A DNA stretch of 60,413 nucleotides, filler included, from Basidioascus undulatus (GCA_000826855.1; 8 parts of 8 records of this genome joined end to end with filler, not necessarily neighbours in it); one strand, 5' to 3'; counted from the whole stretch's first letter, positions 11,000 through 22,626 are shown. Numbers and translations: made by a program. Notes: generated from the letters alone by a model not told the origin.

Positions 11000-11770
11000 T
11001 AGTCCTCCCTCTCCCGGAGTCCCGCTCGCAGCCAGTCCCACCAACGCACCGAATCGTTCAAGTACTTCCGAGCACTGTCCTTCCCCACTATGCTGAGCGG
11101 GGAAGCAGCGAGCATGCCTCCCACCTCAATATAAATCATAGCCATGCCATGTAGCCCACCATCCAATACTGGAAATGCTGTAAAGAACGTCAGTAGTCCG
11201 ACGCATCGAGCGTGGTAACACACTTGCAGCATAGCTCAGCTCACCGGCCTTCCGCAAACTCTTCTGAATCTCAAGAAAGGCTGATATATAACCATCGTCT
11301 ACGTTGTCCTCTACCTTGTCCTGGATTTGCCAGAGCGGCACGAGGTCGTAGTGAATGCGCTCGAACCGCGGCGGGTCGAGGGTGACGGGGTGCAGTCTCA
11401 TGCGCAACGTGCGGCGCGTGCAGTTCGAAATGTCGTCGTGGAGCTCGAGCGCTTCTAGGATGGCGATGCGCAGCGCATGGCAGTGCGCAGCCCGCCAGAC
11501 CTGGATGTCCTGCACGAGCGGTTCGTGTGACGTGGGTGCGGCGCGAACCGTAGCGATCTGCCTGCACTCGCTCTGGTGCACGGCTCAGTCCTCGCGCTGA
11601 CAGGGCTTGCCGCAGTAAGCCACTGTACACAGGGATAAGCAGTAGTCTCATACGGATCAAGCTGGTTCAGCTGCCATGAGGCGACCCACCTTCACAGCGA
11701 GCGCAGACTCGGAGCTTTGGGCCCTCCGGCGAGCACCGGAGGTCTGGCAAACATGCTTTGTGGGCGATCG
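11000..11770 (-). pseudogene. MYND zinc-finger protein pseudogene
   Basis: Spliced KLRVCARCE|VAYCGKPCQRED*AVHQSEC matches the MYND consensus CxxC...YCxxxCQxxDWxxHxxxC, with TGA (11585-11587) at the Trp. The first CxxC pair is not intact in frame. Confidence 0.75.
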
Positions 11771-12253
11771 AATGAAAGACATTACATAAGGAAGTTTTCG
11801 GGCAAACCTTTGGTGAGATGTCTGCTATAGCGGCGCCGGGGGTGGGGTGCGGTACTGGTGGTCGGAGATCGACCTTGTGGGCAAAGACGGAGCCGTAACC
11901 GCTGTGGACGACCTGGTGGACGCCCACGAGGCTGAGCGCTCAAGCCGCCCCCGCTCCGGAGGATTTAACGGTTTTTATTCCAGAGCAGCGGCGACCTTCT
12001 TTTGGACATCATGTTTCTGGATGAGTAAGGAGCTCAGCAGAAGGACGGAACGGCCATCAGCTTTGCGCTTTCAAAGGCCATTTCCTGTGGTACTGCCAGG
12101 GATGCAGCACACCGTCTCATGGGGGTCATATTGTGCATCAGCAGATCAGCAAACGTAACGAAAGTGCTCCCGACTGCTATTCGCACCGCCCCGCTCTAAC
12201 CCAACATACCCCAACAACAATCCAGTTGCAAGTCCAGCCAACACTTCGCCCGC

Positions 12254-14795
12254 TCAGTACACCTCCAGTACATAGCGCTCGGCCTCCTTGAGCTCCTCGA
12301 TGAAGTCCTCGGCGGCCTGGCGGGACTTGCCCTGCGCCTGGAAGCCGGTAACCAGCGCCTCGTAGACGTCCGGGACAGGCCAGGTGGGACCTGTAGGCAG
12401 GCAGGAAAAGGGCGGGTCAGTCGGGGAGAAAGAAGAGGGGGAGGGAGAGGGAGAGGGCGCACCGCAAAGGTAGAACACCCCGTCGGAGCCGCCGTCGGAC
12501 TTGTTGGAGAGGTAGCGGGAGAGGAGCTGACGGATGGGGAATTGGGTTTAGAATAGCAATTTTGTGCGGGCGTGACGGATGTGATGGGGGAGCGGGGCTC
12601 ACCGATTGGTCCTCGGTCATCTTGTGCTGGATGTAGACCTTCTTGGGGCTGTGTGGTGACAGCGGCGTGTGAAAAACTATTCTAAACAAATGCTAGAGTA
12701 TAATTATTTGAAAGCTTACCCGTCACGCGAGAACGCAAGACCAAGCTTGGTGACGATGCCGTCCTGGAGGTACGCCTCAAGCTCCTCGCCGTATAGGTAC
12801 TCGGCGTGGCGGTAGCGGGCGCCGAAGTAGTAGACAAGCGGGCCGACCGCGATGCCCTGCGCGCGCTGCCACGCGCGGTGCTGGATGAAGGCGCGGAAGG
12901 GCGCGGCACTGCAGGCGGTCGAGAGGCGTATGTCAGAGAGGAGACGAGAGATATGGCAGACAGGAAAGATGCAGGCACTTACCCAGTACCGAGACCCGCC
13001 ATGACGATCGGCGCCTGGTCCGACTCCGGGAGCTTCATGACCGACGGCTTGATGGATACCGCAACCTTGGTGCCGACCGGGAGGCCGGCGAGGTAGCGCG
13101 TGCACTGACCGTAGCGAGGCGAGCCTGACCAGAAGGAATGAAATAAATTAGCGCTCAGAACAACAGAATCTTAGAACACTTTGATAAAGAAGAACGCACC
13201 CGAGGGGGTAAGCCAGTCGACGGTGACGACGAGGAGGTCGACCTGGTCGCCGACGGCGGCCTGACTGGACGCGATCGAGTAGTGGCGAGGCTTGATCGTG
13301 CCGACGAGGGTGACGAGCTCCTTGAGCGGTGGGTGCGCGGACGGGAACTTGCGGAGGACGTCGGCGAAGGTGAGGGTGTCGACCTCGCTCAGACGCTTGA
13401 AGGTCGACGAGCCCTCGGCGGAGGAGATGAAGCGGAGCGCGCGCTGGTGGTCGCGGTCCGTGGCGATCTCGCTGTGAAGGGAAAATGCGCAATGTTTGTG
13501 AATGGAAACAATGAGGAATTAGAGGGAGAGCAGTGAATGCCGCACCTGAGCGCCGCGTAGAACGACTTAGGGGGCTTGCCGAAAATATCGACGGTCTGCT
13601 GGAAGGTCTGGAAGACGCTGCGGGTCTCGACCTTGCCCTCGTCGTCCTCGACGCTGACGACGCCGTCCTCGGGGAGGCCGTACCACTGGAGGAAGTCGCG
13701 GACCTCGCCCTCGTCGTTCCAGCCGTACACGCCGAGCGCCTCGCCGATCTCGTACTTGAGCCCCGTCCCCTTCGTGTCGAACGAGATGTGGAACACGTTC
13801 CGGTCGTACGTGAGCGGCGTGAGCCGCCGGTTCTCCGACACCGTGATGAGGAACGTCTGCTCGGGCGTCGACGGGTGGAGCGTGCCGAGCGGCGCGGGGG
13901 TCGAGTCCTCCGCGGACGTCGGGAAAGAGTACGCCTCCCCGAAGAGGTACTGCCAGGCAGGCTCGAACCAGGTGCCCTCGGCACGGACGGCGCCCTTGGA
14001 CGGGGTCTCCTCGGTGCCCGCGGCGGTGGCGGTCAGGCCGTTGATGGAGAGGCCCTCGACGCGGTTGTCCCCCTTCTCCTCCTTGCACTCCTCGAGCTGC
14101 GACCACTCAGCGGTAGGGACGACCTCGTACAGCGCCTCCTCGACCTTGGCGATGACCTCGGCGAGGCGCGCGGGCGCAACGTCGGGGAGGAACGCCGCGA
14201 GGAGGTTCTTGATCGGCGCGGGGAGGCGGGGGACGGAGGAGGTGAAGAGCAGGAGGAACGCAACGAGCGCCGCGACGGCCTGCGCGTCCTCGCCGCCCGC
14301 GGCAGCGCTGTCGACGACCCAGACGCGGAAGCCGGCGTCGACGATCGCCCGCCGGTCGTGCACCGAGAGCTTGGCCTTGAGCTCCTCGGGCGTCGCGAGC
14401 GACGCGCTGTCGACGAGGAGCGTGCCGTTCTGCCGGAGGAGCGAGAGCGGCGCGGACGCCTTGAGCGCGGAGAGCTCGACGGCAAGGAAGTCGGCCTGGC
14501 CCGGCTGTGGGTACGCGAGCGGCGCACGCGCGGACTGCGCGGCGATGGACACGGTGGAGAGCGCGAGGCCGGTCTGCGTCGCAAAGTTGTCGTAGAGCGT
14601 CTGCGCGCGCGTCTGGAGAGACGGGTTCTGCGCGAACAGAGACGCGACGAGCTGGGGCGCTGCGACGGTCGGCGCAGAGGTGAGGAAGACGGACGTCTTC
14701 GCGTCGGAGGCGGCGGGGGAGAGGCTCGGGAGCGTCGAGAACGCCCGGACCTTGATGGGCCGGCCGGGGAGCGCGGCAGCCACGAGCGAGACGAG
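12254..14795 (-). CDS. MET10: Sulfite reductase [NADPH] flavoprotein subunit, 5' end truncated by the contig end
   Basis: ENRRLTPLTYDRNVFHISFDTKGTGLKYEIGEALGV, IKPRHYSIASSQ, GLGTG|AAPFRAFIQ, YIQHKM, YLCGPTWPVPDV, RYVLEVY*. Confidence 0.95.
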
Positions 14796-14895
14796 NNNNN
14801 NNNNNNNNNNNNNNNNNNNNNNNNNNNNNNNNNNNNNNNTTAATTAATTAANNNNNNNNNNNNNNNNNNNNNNNNNNNNNNNNNNNNNNNNNNNN
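14796..14895. other. Artificial contig-joining spacer
   Basis: N44-TTAATTAATTAA-N44. Confidence 0.98.
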
Positions 14896-14903
14896 AAAGT
14901 AAA

Positions 14904-14976
14904 TGACCACTGCAGGGCTCGATCCTGCGACATTTTGCGTGTTAAGCAAACACTCTACCAACTGAGTTAAGCGGCC
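14904..14976 (-). tRNA. tRNA-Val(AAC), intronless
   Basis: GGCCGCT-TA-ACTC-AGTTGGTA-GAGT-G-TTTGC-TT-AAC-AC-GCAAA-ATGTC-GCAGG-ATCGAGC-CCTGC-AGTGGTC-A; all four stems pair. Confidence 0.88.
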
Positions 14977-15631
14977 GATACATGGCTATATCAGTGAAAA
15001 ATATCAATTAAAAACGAAAACAAGGCGCAGTACTACTCGTGCCGGTTGCTTTGCAGGACTTTGCCAGCGACCCATGGGGAGTCCATTTCATCCGCAAACG
15101 ACTTCGCAGCATGGCAACCCACTGAGAAAGTAGTTCTGAGGATCAACCACTTTCGGAGCACGCCCAGTGGAAATGCGTGTGGCATGTTGCCTGAGTGAGG
15201 ACGATATTGAGGTTGCCCTTGTGCCAAACCCGCAAGGGTGTTCTTTTCAACCATTATCACACTGATGTTTAAATCCACATCCCAATACTTCTCGTGAGTA
15301 AATCAGCCCGTTACAGGATTGGCCGGGCAAACGATGCCCGTGCCTTTTGCATGTGGCATTTTGAGCCCGCTTTGCGCTTTGTCAGGCCTCGTCCAGGCGT
15401 ACGCGTCGCTTGGTCACTGCTTGCTTGCATCAGCTTTGATCTTTTGCTCAATATTTCTGGGTGGGCGTTGTCATATCGCTCTGTGTAGAAGGCCTATAAA
15501 GCGTTCAATCTTACTCCCTCTGCCTGCAGTCCTGTTCCAGACCTATCGTCCTTTCGACCACTGTTCTCCCCCATCGTATTCAGGACTTCAGACTCACCAT
15601 ATAAATTCGGCGTCCTTCCCCACCTTCCAGC

Positions 15632-16851
15632 ATACCTTCGTACGTCATCACCGGCGCAAACCGCGGACTCGGCCTGGAGTTTGTGAAACAGCTCGTGAGT
15701 CCCTGCTATCCGTTCTCCCGAAGCGCAGACCTCTGGATGCCTCGCGGGTCTGACAGAGAGAAAATTTCTACCCCATAAGTCTTCCATGCTTCCAACATCA
15801 TCATCCCTCTCGTCCGCGACAACACGAGCGCTGCAGCTCTCGCTCCATTCGTCGCGACAGGTCGCGTGCACGTTCTGGAGGCCGACATCGTCGAGCCGGC
15901 GACGCTGAAGGTTAGTACAGTCAAAATTTTCAGGCGTTGGATCTAACGGAAAGCACGGCATTGTACAGACAGTGGCCGAGAAAGCGAATGTGATCCTGGA
16001 CGGCTCGCTCGACTACCTCATCCACAACGCCGCCCGCGTGCCAGCCGAGACCCCCAACTTCGTGCCGCCTAGCCTCATGCGCGTGTTAATAGATAGCATT
16101 CTACTGGTTTTGCCTCTTCAAATGCTCATATCCTCCCATTGCAGCCCCGAAGATGAGATTGCGCCCATCTTGGAGCAGTTCGTGAGTACAGAACGTCCAT
16201 GGGAATGAAGCGGCCCAGCAAGGAAACCCTTTGTTCACAAAGGTCTCACACATGGGGAGATTTCAGTTCAAGGTCAATTCTATCGGCCCTGTCTTCACCA
16301 CAAACGCCTTACTTCCTCTTCTCTCGGACCCCAAGTCGCTCAAGCGCGTCGTCTACATCAGCTCCGGCGTGCGGACGTCGAGTTCACGAAAGCTACCGAC
16401 AATGCTGGTGAGCAATTTCAACAAAGATCTTTCATCTGCCTTATGTGCTCACGGTAGGATTCCGGCAGTCCTGGTTCACTACGCTGTCAGCAAAGCTGCT
16501 CTCGAGATGATCATCGTCAAGTACGCCATCGAGTTCAAGGACAAGGGCTTCACGTTCTTCGGAGTCAGCCCGGGGTGGGTTATCGACAAAGGAAGGCGCT
16601 GAGCGTGGCTGGATACAATGCGGGGTTGATAAGAGCGTTTATATCGCAAAGCACTGATGTCTGCTTCCTCTGCAGACGACCGTGAGCAGGACATGACGCT
16701 TCTGCCCGTCTTTCGGAAAGTCAAGCCCGACCTCCAGGGACATATTTCGTCCCAAGAGAGCATTTTGATGCTTCAACTCTTCGAGCAGCTTGACCCTGCG
16801 GTGCACAAGGGGACGTTCTTGAGCGAGCATGGAACGAAGGACTGGCTTTGA
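15632..16851 (+). pseudogene. Short-chain dehydrogenase/reductase (C-factor-like) pseudogene
   Basis: PSYVITGANRGLGLEFVKQL (TGxxxGxG), LDYLIHNAA, YAVSK (YxxxK), SPGWV. ATA occupies the expected ATG position, there are frameshifts at ~15785 and ~16369, and no GT donor follows GWVIDK. Confidence 0.8.
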
Positions 16852-18427
16852 AGATGGTCTTGAACGTTGAACTGGCTGTTGCTGTGCCTGTAATTTCTCT
16901 TTGTCAATTTCCTGGTGTTCAAATAAAGATGTCGTGACTGATGAAAATCAGTCTTTGTTGGTTTGCTAGAGCGTTTCGATGCTGCTACCGACATGGAAAA
17001 CGACGACGAATGAAACCAAATATGTTGGTTCTCCTGGCTTTAAGCAAACTCAATGGGATCCGGGAGAGCACTAGTGGGGTTTTCCATATTTCTCCTGTGA
17101 CCCGCCAGAGCACGCTGGTTTCGCTCGTCGGCGGCGTCATGACGTAGGTTCCTGCACTCCTTCAGCCCCGAATTTCACCTTCAAGATATACCGCGCTTAA
17201 CACTGACCCCCCAGCACAATCCTTTCCCTTAACCTCTCCGCCGCCCACTCCCACTCCCACCTCCCGGCGTGAGGCCGAGCCCGAACGTGGCAATGGTCTC
17301 CGATGTTCTTCGCGCAGTCCACAAAGTTCTGCCGCTAGAAGGAGAGCGGCGATAGTGGCTCTTGAAGATTCCGTGGCTGGACGCGAGGCTTTGTGCCGGT
17401 GCGGGTAGTGATGGCGGCTGCGGATACGGCAGCTCTGAGGTTCAAGCGCAACGGTGAGCTTGGGCCATCCATCCAACGCCCCTCGAGCATCAAGCATATC
17501 CAAAAAGTGGCGCACCAGGAACTAGGTCCAACGGCACCTCCCGGGCACCAGCTTGCTGAAAACAGCCCACCTCCCCGTCAGATCGAGTGGCAAGTGGCGA
17601 CGAGAAAGTGGCACTGCGCACCTGCATATCTACTTGAGACTCACCCATATCGTCCCCACAGAGCTGTAGCGATTCTTTAAAAGGGATGTTGTCGTGAAGC
17701 CCGTGTACGAAGAGCCTTTTATTAGAGCGATAACGCAGTGGAGAGGGTGGCTGTGAAAGAACGGATGTTTCGAACAGCGGACCCCTTGCAGTCCGCCGCT
17801 GCCGAGCGCGAGCTCGAGCATAGGAGCGGTCCAGTGCCTGCTATTGCCGCTCGGGAGCATCACATGTAAATTTGGTGCCACCCAAGCTGATCACTTGCCG
17901 CCCGAGAACCCTCTACGATGACAGCGAAAGAGGTTGAGTTTTCCAATGACATCGCAGTTGGCAGTGAAGCTCGAGGGCGGCTGCAGAGCTTACCTTAGTC
18001 TGTAGCAGTGTTTGTGTAATCTTAAATCAAGCCAGAAACTGCATGAATGTGTTTCTTAATTCAACGATGATCCCGAGAAAAAGCGACCTGGAAGTGAGGC
18101 GACTGTGCGTTTGCTCGAAGTTCACCTCGAACTGTGTGGAAGGATATACGGAAGACCGGCGGATTTCTAACCACGCTGTAATTCAGCTCTGCATCCTGCA
18201 GAGTGGGTGCAAGCTCGAGTGCTTTGCCAGGATGACCGTATCCAAAGCCAACCCAATTCTAGCTCCCATCACATCCGCCCTCCCTTCCTCTATCCCAGCA
18301 GCGCCTTATGACCCCACCTCCAAACCTTGCTTTTCATATGATCACACTCTGACTTGCTTTCCAGCCTCGACGGGGCCGGACGGAGGGCACTCGCCATCGA
18401 CGCCCGCGCGCTCGGCTTCCAACTCCC

Positions 18428-19196
18428 ATGTTCACGATCCGGACGCTCTCACGCACCGCTCCCCGAACGTTTGCACGCCCCGCATCACACACCCGACACC
18501 TCTTCAGCAACCCGTCTGCAGCTATGGGCCGAAAGCAGTGGGGCGAGTACCAGGTCGGCGACCATGTGCGTTCGTTTGCTTGGGTTGTTGGACTGCGTTG
18601 CGTCCGCTTCGGCAGTGTTTGTAGTGTCGGACGGAACCTGACTCGCGTTGCTTGGAAATTACAGGTTGAATGTGAGTGATACACGGCTTTAGTTCTAAGA
18701 GCCCATATTTAGGGATCTGATTAATTATTCGACCGGTGCACCAGACGAAGCCGTCGGCGGCGGATCAGGCACGACGACGTCCTTCGTGCGTCCCGTCCTT
18801 TTTCTCTTCCCCCCGCTCGACTGACTCTGCTGCTCCTCCGTCCCTCGTTCAGACAACGGGCGTCATCGAGGACATCATCACGCACGACGAGGAGGTGCCC
18901 GCGGGCCGCCGCGGCGAGGTCCATGTGCACGCGCAAGCCGACCACCCGCGCTTCTTGATCCGGAACGACCGCACGGGCAAGGAGGTGCGCTCTCTTGTTC
19001 TTCTCAACAAGATTCCAGATCCCCCTCTCCTTCCCGTGTCCTGCATGGTGCTGATCCTGGCTCGCGATGGTACTCGGACGCGCAGGTGCCCTACAAGCCT
19101 GAGGTCAGTACCCCACACGTAGGAGATAGAACGAGCGACTGATGCGCTGGTGGGGGTACGGATGCGCAGAACATCAAAGGCAAGCTCAGGGGCTAG
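18428..19196 (+). CDS. Hva1-like TUDOR-domain (DUF2945-type) small protein, 6 exons
   Basis: Spliced product: MGRKQWGEYQVGDH|VE|YEAVGGGSGTTTSF|TTGVIEDIIT...HPRFLIRNDRTGKE|VPYKPE|NIKGKLRG*. All introns are canonical; includes a 7-nt exon at 18665-18671; in-frame ATGs at 18428 and 18524. Confidence 0.8.
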
Positions 19197-19513
19197 GTTG
19201 CCGCAAGCCGATTGGCTGCCACGCGCTCGCCATTCCCAGGTTCCGTTCTGTTCTTTGATTTGATATTGAGCCGTATGATGTTATGATCAAGTCAAGAGTT
19301 GTGCCGATGTACGAATGTTTAGTATGATCGATATGTATGTGCCGATGTACACGGATCAATGGAGGACTGTGCAGAGATTGGCGAGGCAGCCTTTTGAGCT
19401 CGTGATGATGCAGCGTAGCGACAAGCGGTCTCGGGCTAAACGTCCAATCCATCCCCTTCCAAATGTCTCTCACAATACATCTCCCACTCCCAAACCCATC
19501 CCCTTCCATCGTC

Positions 19514-19752
19514 TCACAGCCCCTCAAAGAAGCTCAGATCCATCGCCGTCAGCCCGCCGGGACCCGAGGGCTTCGAGCCCGGCTTAGAGGTGGGGACGAG
19601 CGGCGGGGGTAGAGCCGGTGGCGCGGCGGGCGGACGGGGCGGTTGCAGCTGGGGCGGGAGCGGGGAGGACCTGGGACGCGCGACTGGGTTTGCTGGGGGC
19701 GCGGGGAATGCGGGGACGGGGTTGGGGTTGGGCGGCGTGGACAGGGGGATGG
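19514..19752 (-). CDS. C-terminal end of a proline-rich protein ending GGLTAMDLSFFEGL*
   Basis: Open frame from the contig edge to TGA at 19514-19516; Pro-rich with a conserved-looking terminal motif. Confidence 0.6.
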
Positions 19753-19852
19753 NNNNNNNNNNNNNNNNNNNNNNNNNNNNNNNNNNNNNNNNNNNNTTAA
19801 TTAATTAANNNNNNNNNNNNNNNNNNNNNNNNNNNNNNNNNNNNNNNNNNNN
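19753..19852. other. Artificial contig-joining spacer
   Basis: N44-TTAATTAATTAA-N44. Confidence 0.98.
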
Positions 19853-19884
19853 GGGAGAGGGGAGGAGGGAGGCGGAAGACGCAC

Positions 19885-22626
19885 CTTGTCGTCCGACCCC
19901 TGCAGGACGAGCAGCGCGCTCGTGATGTGCTCGACCTTGTTGATCGGGCTGCGGTCGCGGTAGATGTCGGGCACTTCCTGCGTCCCCCCCATCCAACCAT
20001 GCCACTTCAGCCCCCTCACCTCTCTTTCCTAGCCAGAACGGCAGACGGACCTCAGGCGTACCCCCGATGAGGCGGAAGAGATACTGAGCGCTCGAGGGCT
20101 CGTGAGCGACCGTGCGAGGGAGGGACGGAGGGGGACAGACGTACTTGCGACTCGAACTTGTGCGTATCCTCCGCTGCGAGCCCAAATTGCAGGACGGTAA
20201 GCTGCGATGCTGCTTTGCGCTTGCTTGAGGACAGCGGAAAGACAGCACGTCACGTACCCAGCGCGCGCAGATCCGACACGCCGTACAGCGACGTCCCGGC
20301 GCTGAAGACCTTGCTGTCCGTCAGACTCGCGAGGACCGTGAACCCGCCTGGCCCCGCCCGAAATCAGTTTCCCTGTCGGTTCGATTCGGTGAAGGAAAAA
20401 GCGGAAGTGAAGAAGAAGAGGACGCACCGGCCGACCCGCCCCGAATCGCCACCCGCTCATCATCAATCAAGCCGCGCTTGGCAAGGTACTTGACAGACTC
20501 GACGACGTCGGACGTGTCCACTACGCCCCACTGGCCGGTGAGGCGCTCGCTGTGCCCCCCGTCCCGCGCCGTATCAGCTTGCTTTCAAAGAGACGGGGAG
20601 GGGAGGGGAGGAAGCACCGGTACTGCCGCCCAAATCCGGAAGAACCACCATCTGTACGAGGTAAGGATGTTAGTTCTGGGTGAGCAGGGGAGGGAGGGGA
20701 GGGAGGGGGACGGGCAGTTCACGTCGATCTGCGTTGGCGGGGTGAGCGTGCACGTTCGAGCTTGGGGGAAGGGGAGGAAGAGGGGGAGACTAGAGGGAAA
20801 AGGGAAGGGGAAGAAAGACGAAGACGCACCCACGCCCACCCCCTGCTCGTAAAGAACGCGGTGAGCCAGTTCAGCCCGGGGACGGACTGGCTCGTCGGCC
20901 CGCCGTGGATGGCGAACACCGCGGGGGGGCGGGTGTTTTCCTTCCCCACATCTTACAATGCCTCCCTTTATCAGCTTCTCCTTCCGACAGCGAGAGCCCG
21001 AGAGAGGGAAGGACGGGAGGGAAAGGGAGGGGGGAAGAGAGACGCACAGTCCGGATTGCTCGGCGGGTAGAAGATAACGTTGACGTCTGCGTCCACCCGC
21101 CCGGCGGGCTGCGGCGCCTTGAAGGTGATGCTATCCGGCTGGCTAAAAATCCCCTGCGGCAGGTCATCCGCCACTGTTGAGCTGCTCTTGAGCGTCCTGA
21201 ACTTGACACTCTTCCTCTCCCCCTCCCCCTCCCCCAATTCAAACTCCGCCAGCACGAGCTTCACCGGCCGCTGTGTCTGCGCGCTCACAAACACGGCGCG
21301 TGTGGGGGAGAGCGCGTGCAAGTGCGTGATCGCGCTGTAGGGCGTGGGGAGCTCGGTCCACTCGCGGGAGGGGAGGTCGAGAAGCCCCAGGACGGCTCGC
21401 GCGGAGCGGGTCGGCGCGGCTAGGAGAGTGTTGGGGGAGAGGAGTGTGTAGGACGCGTTCCCGAACGTCCAGTCTGGGGGGGCCCACTCGTCGGTTGTGG
21501 GACTGCGCAGGAGGGGCGTGGGCGGGGAGGGGGAGCCCGGGGTGAAGGAGTACGGCTGCGTGTAGTTGGTCGAGTCGGAGAGGTAGTACAGCGTCGGTTG
21601 GGGGGCGGAGGAGGGTGACCAGAGCGGCTGGGAGATGGACTCTGTGCTGCGCGCGCCGGCTACGTGCCTTGGGGAGGAGAGCGCGGGGGACGGGCTGAAG
21701 GAAAGGCGCGCGACGTAGAGCTGCGTGCCTTCCCAGGGCATGTCTGCGTGGGGTGCCGGGTTTCATTTCAGTAAGGAGGTAGGAGGGGGAGGTAAGGAAG
21801 GGGAGGGACGCACCAGGGTGGTACCACTCCCTCCAGGCGAGCCACTCTCCGTCGGCGCTCACGCGCGGGCTCGCGTAGAAGTCGGCGCCCTCCGCGAGGG
21901 TCGTGAGCGAGGACGTGCGCGTGTCGATCGCCACGAGCTTGGTCACTACTGTGGATGGCGAGGGGAGCGTGTGGTCCTCGAGGACGGACTGCGGGAGAGG
22001 GAGCGGTCAGAGATTGGGTAAGGAAGGAGGAGAGGCAGGAGAGGGAGACAGAGGGAGAAGAAGGAGAGGAGAGGAGACGGACGATGAGGATGTGCGGCTG
22101 GGTAGGGTGCGGGACGAAGTCGGCGTAGCGGTAGGGCTTGTCGGCTGTTGAGTGGCTTCGAGCGTTAGCATTCTGGGGAAAGCAGGGAGCGAAGCAGCGA
22201 CTCACCCGGCGTGACCGCCCTCAACTCCCCCTCCTGCCCCGGCCCAATCTCATACAACCTCCCATCCCTAAACTCCGAGAACCACACCCTTCCCCCACTG
22301 CCCTCCTCAACCGCGACCGCCCCCCCGCCATACTCGTGCACCTGCGTGCGCGCGTTCCACCCCTGTCCAAAGAGCTCGTGCTCCTCGCCGAGCGCGTCCA
22401 GCGCGCGGGAGACGAGCACGATGCGCCCGCCCTCGGAGGGGCGCGACTCTGCGTGGATGATCTGGTTTCCGGACGGGTGGATGGAGGGGAATTGGATGGC
22501 TTTGGAAGTGCTGCGCGAGGGGAGGGACTTAGTGGGGAAGGGAGGGGAGGGAGAGGGACGGACGGACATGAGGTCAGTCGAGATGGGCGAGGACCAGGTG
22601 CCGTATGCTTTCTGCTGGGGCGCCAT
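19885..22626 (-). CDS. Peptidase S9 family (acylaminoacyl/dipeptidyl aminopeptidase-like), 3' end truncated by the contig end
   Basis: MAPQQKAYGTWSSPIS, RTQVHEYGGG, MPWEGTQL, IHGGPT, DVNYGGSSGFGR, catalytic GGSAGG, HKFES, RSPI...LQGSDDK. Confidence 0.92.

Noticed and set aside
11585..11587. TGA=Trp alternative genetic code
   Set aside because: Intact genes (MET10, GAD1, P450, DPP4) end in TGA and use TGG for conserved Trp; the affected gene has other damage.
13533..14843. Long plus-strand ORFs (436 aa, 339 aa) and similar antisense ORFs elsewhere
   Set aside because: Shadow ORFs opposite GC3-rich real genes such as MET10; no independent motifs.
15632..15634. ATA start rescued by A-to-I editing or non-AUG initiation
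   Set aside because: The same gene has two frameshifts and a lost donor, so simple decay explains it.
17898..17980. Imperfect inverted repeat (CCGCCCGAG...CTCGAGGGCGG) enclosing ACGATGA...GTGA, a possible C/D snoRNA
   Set aside because: The C and D boxes both deviate from RTGATGA/CTGA and I cannot identify an rRNA guide; an Rfam/snoscan search would be needed.
19300..19350. 13-bp direct repeat TGTGCCGATGTAC between two convergent 3' ends
   Set aside because: Only two copies in UTR-like sequence; no array structure or other support.
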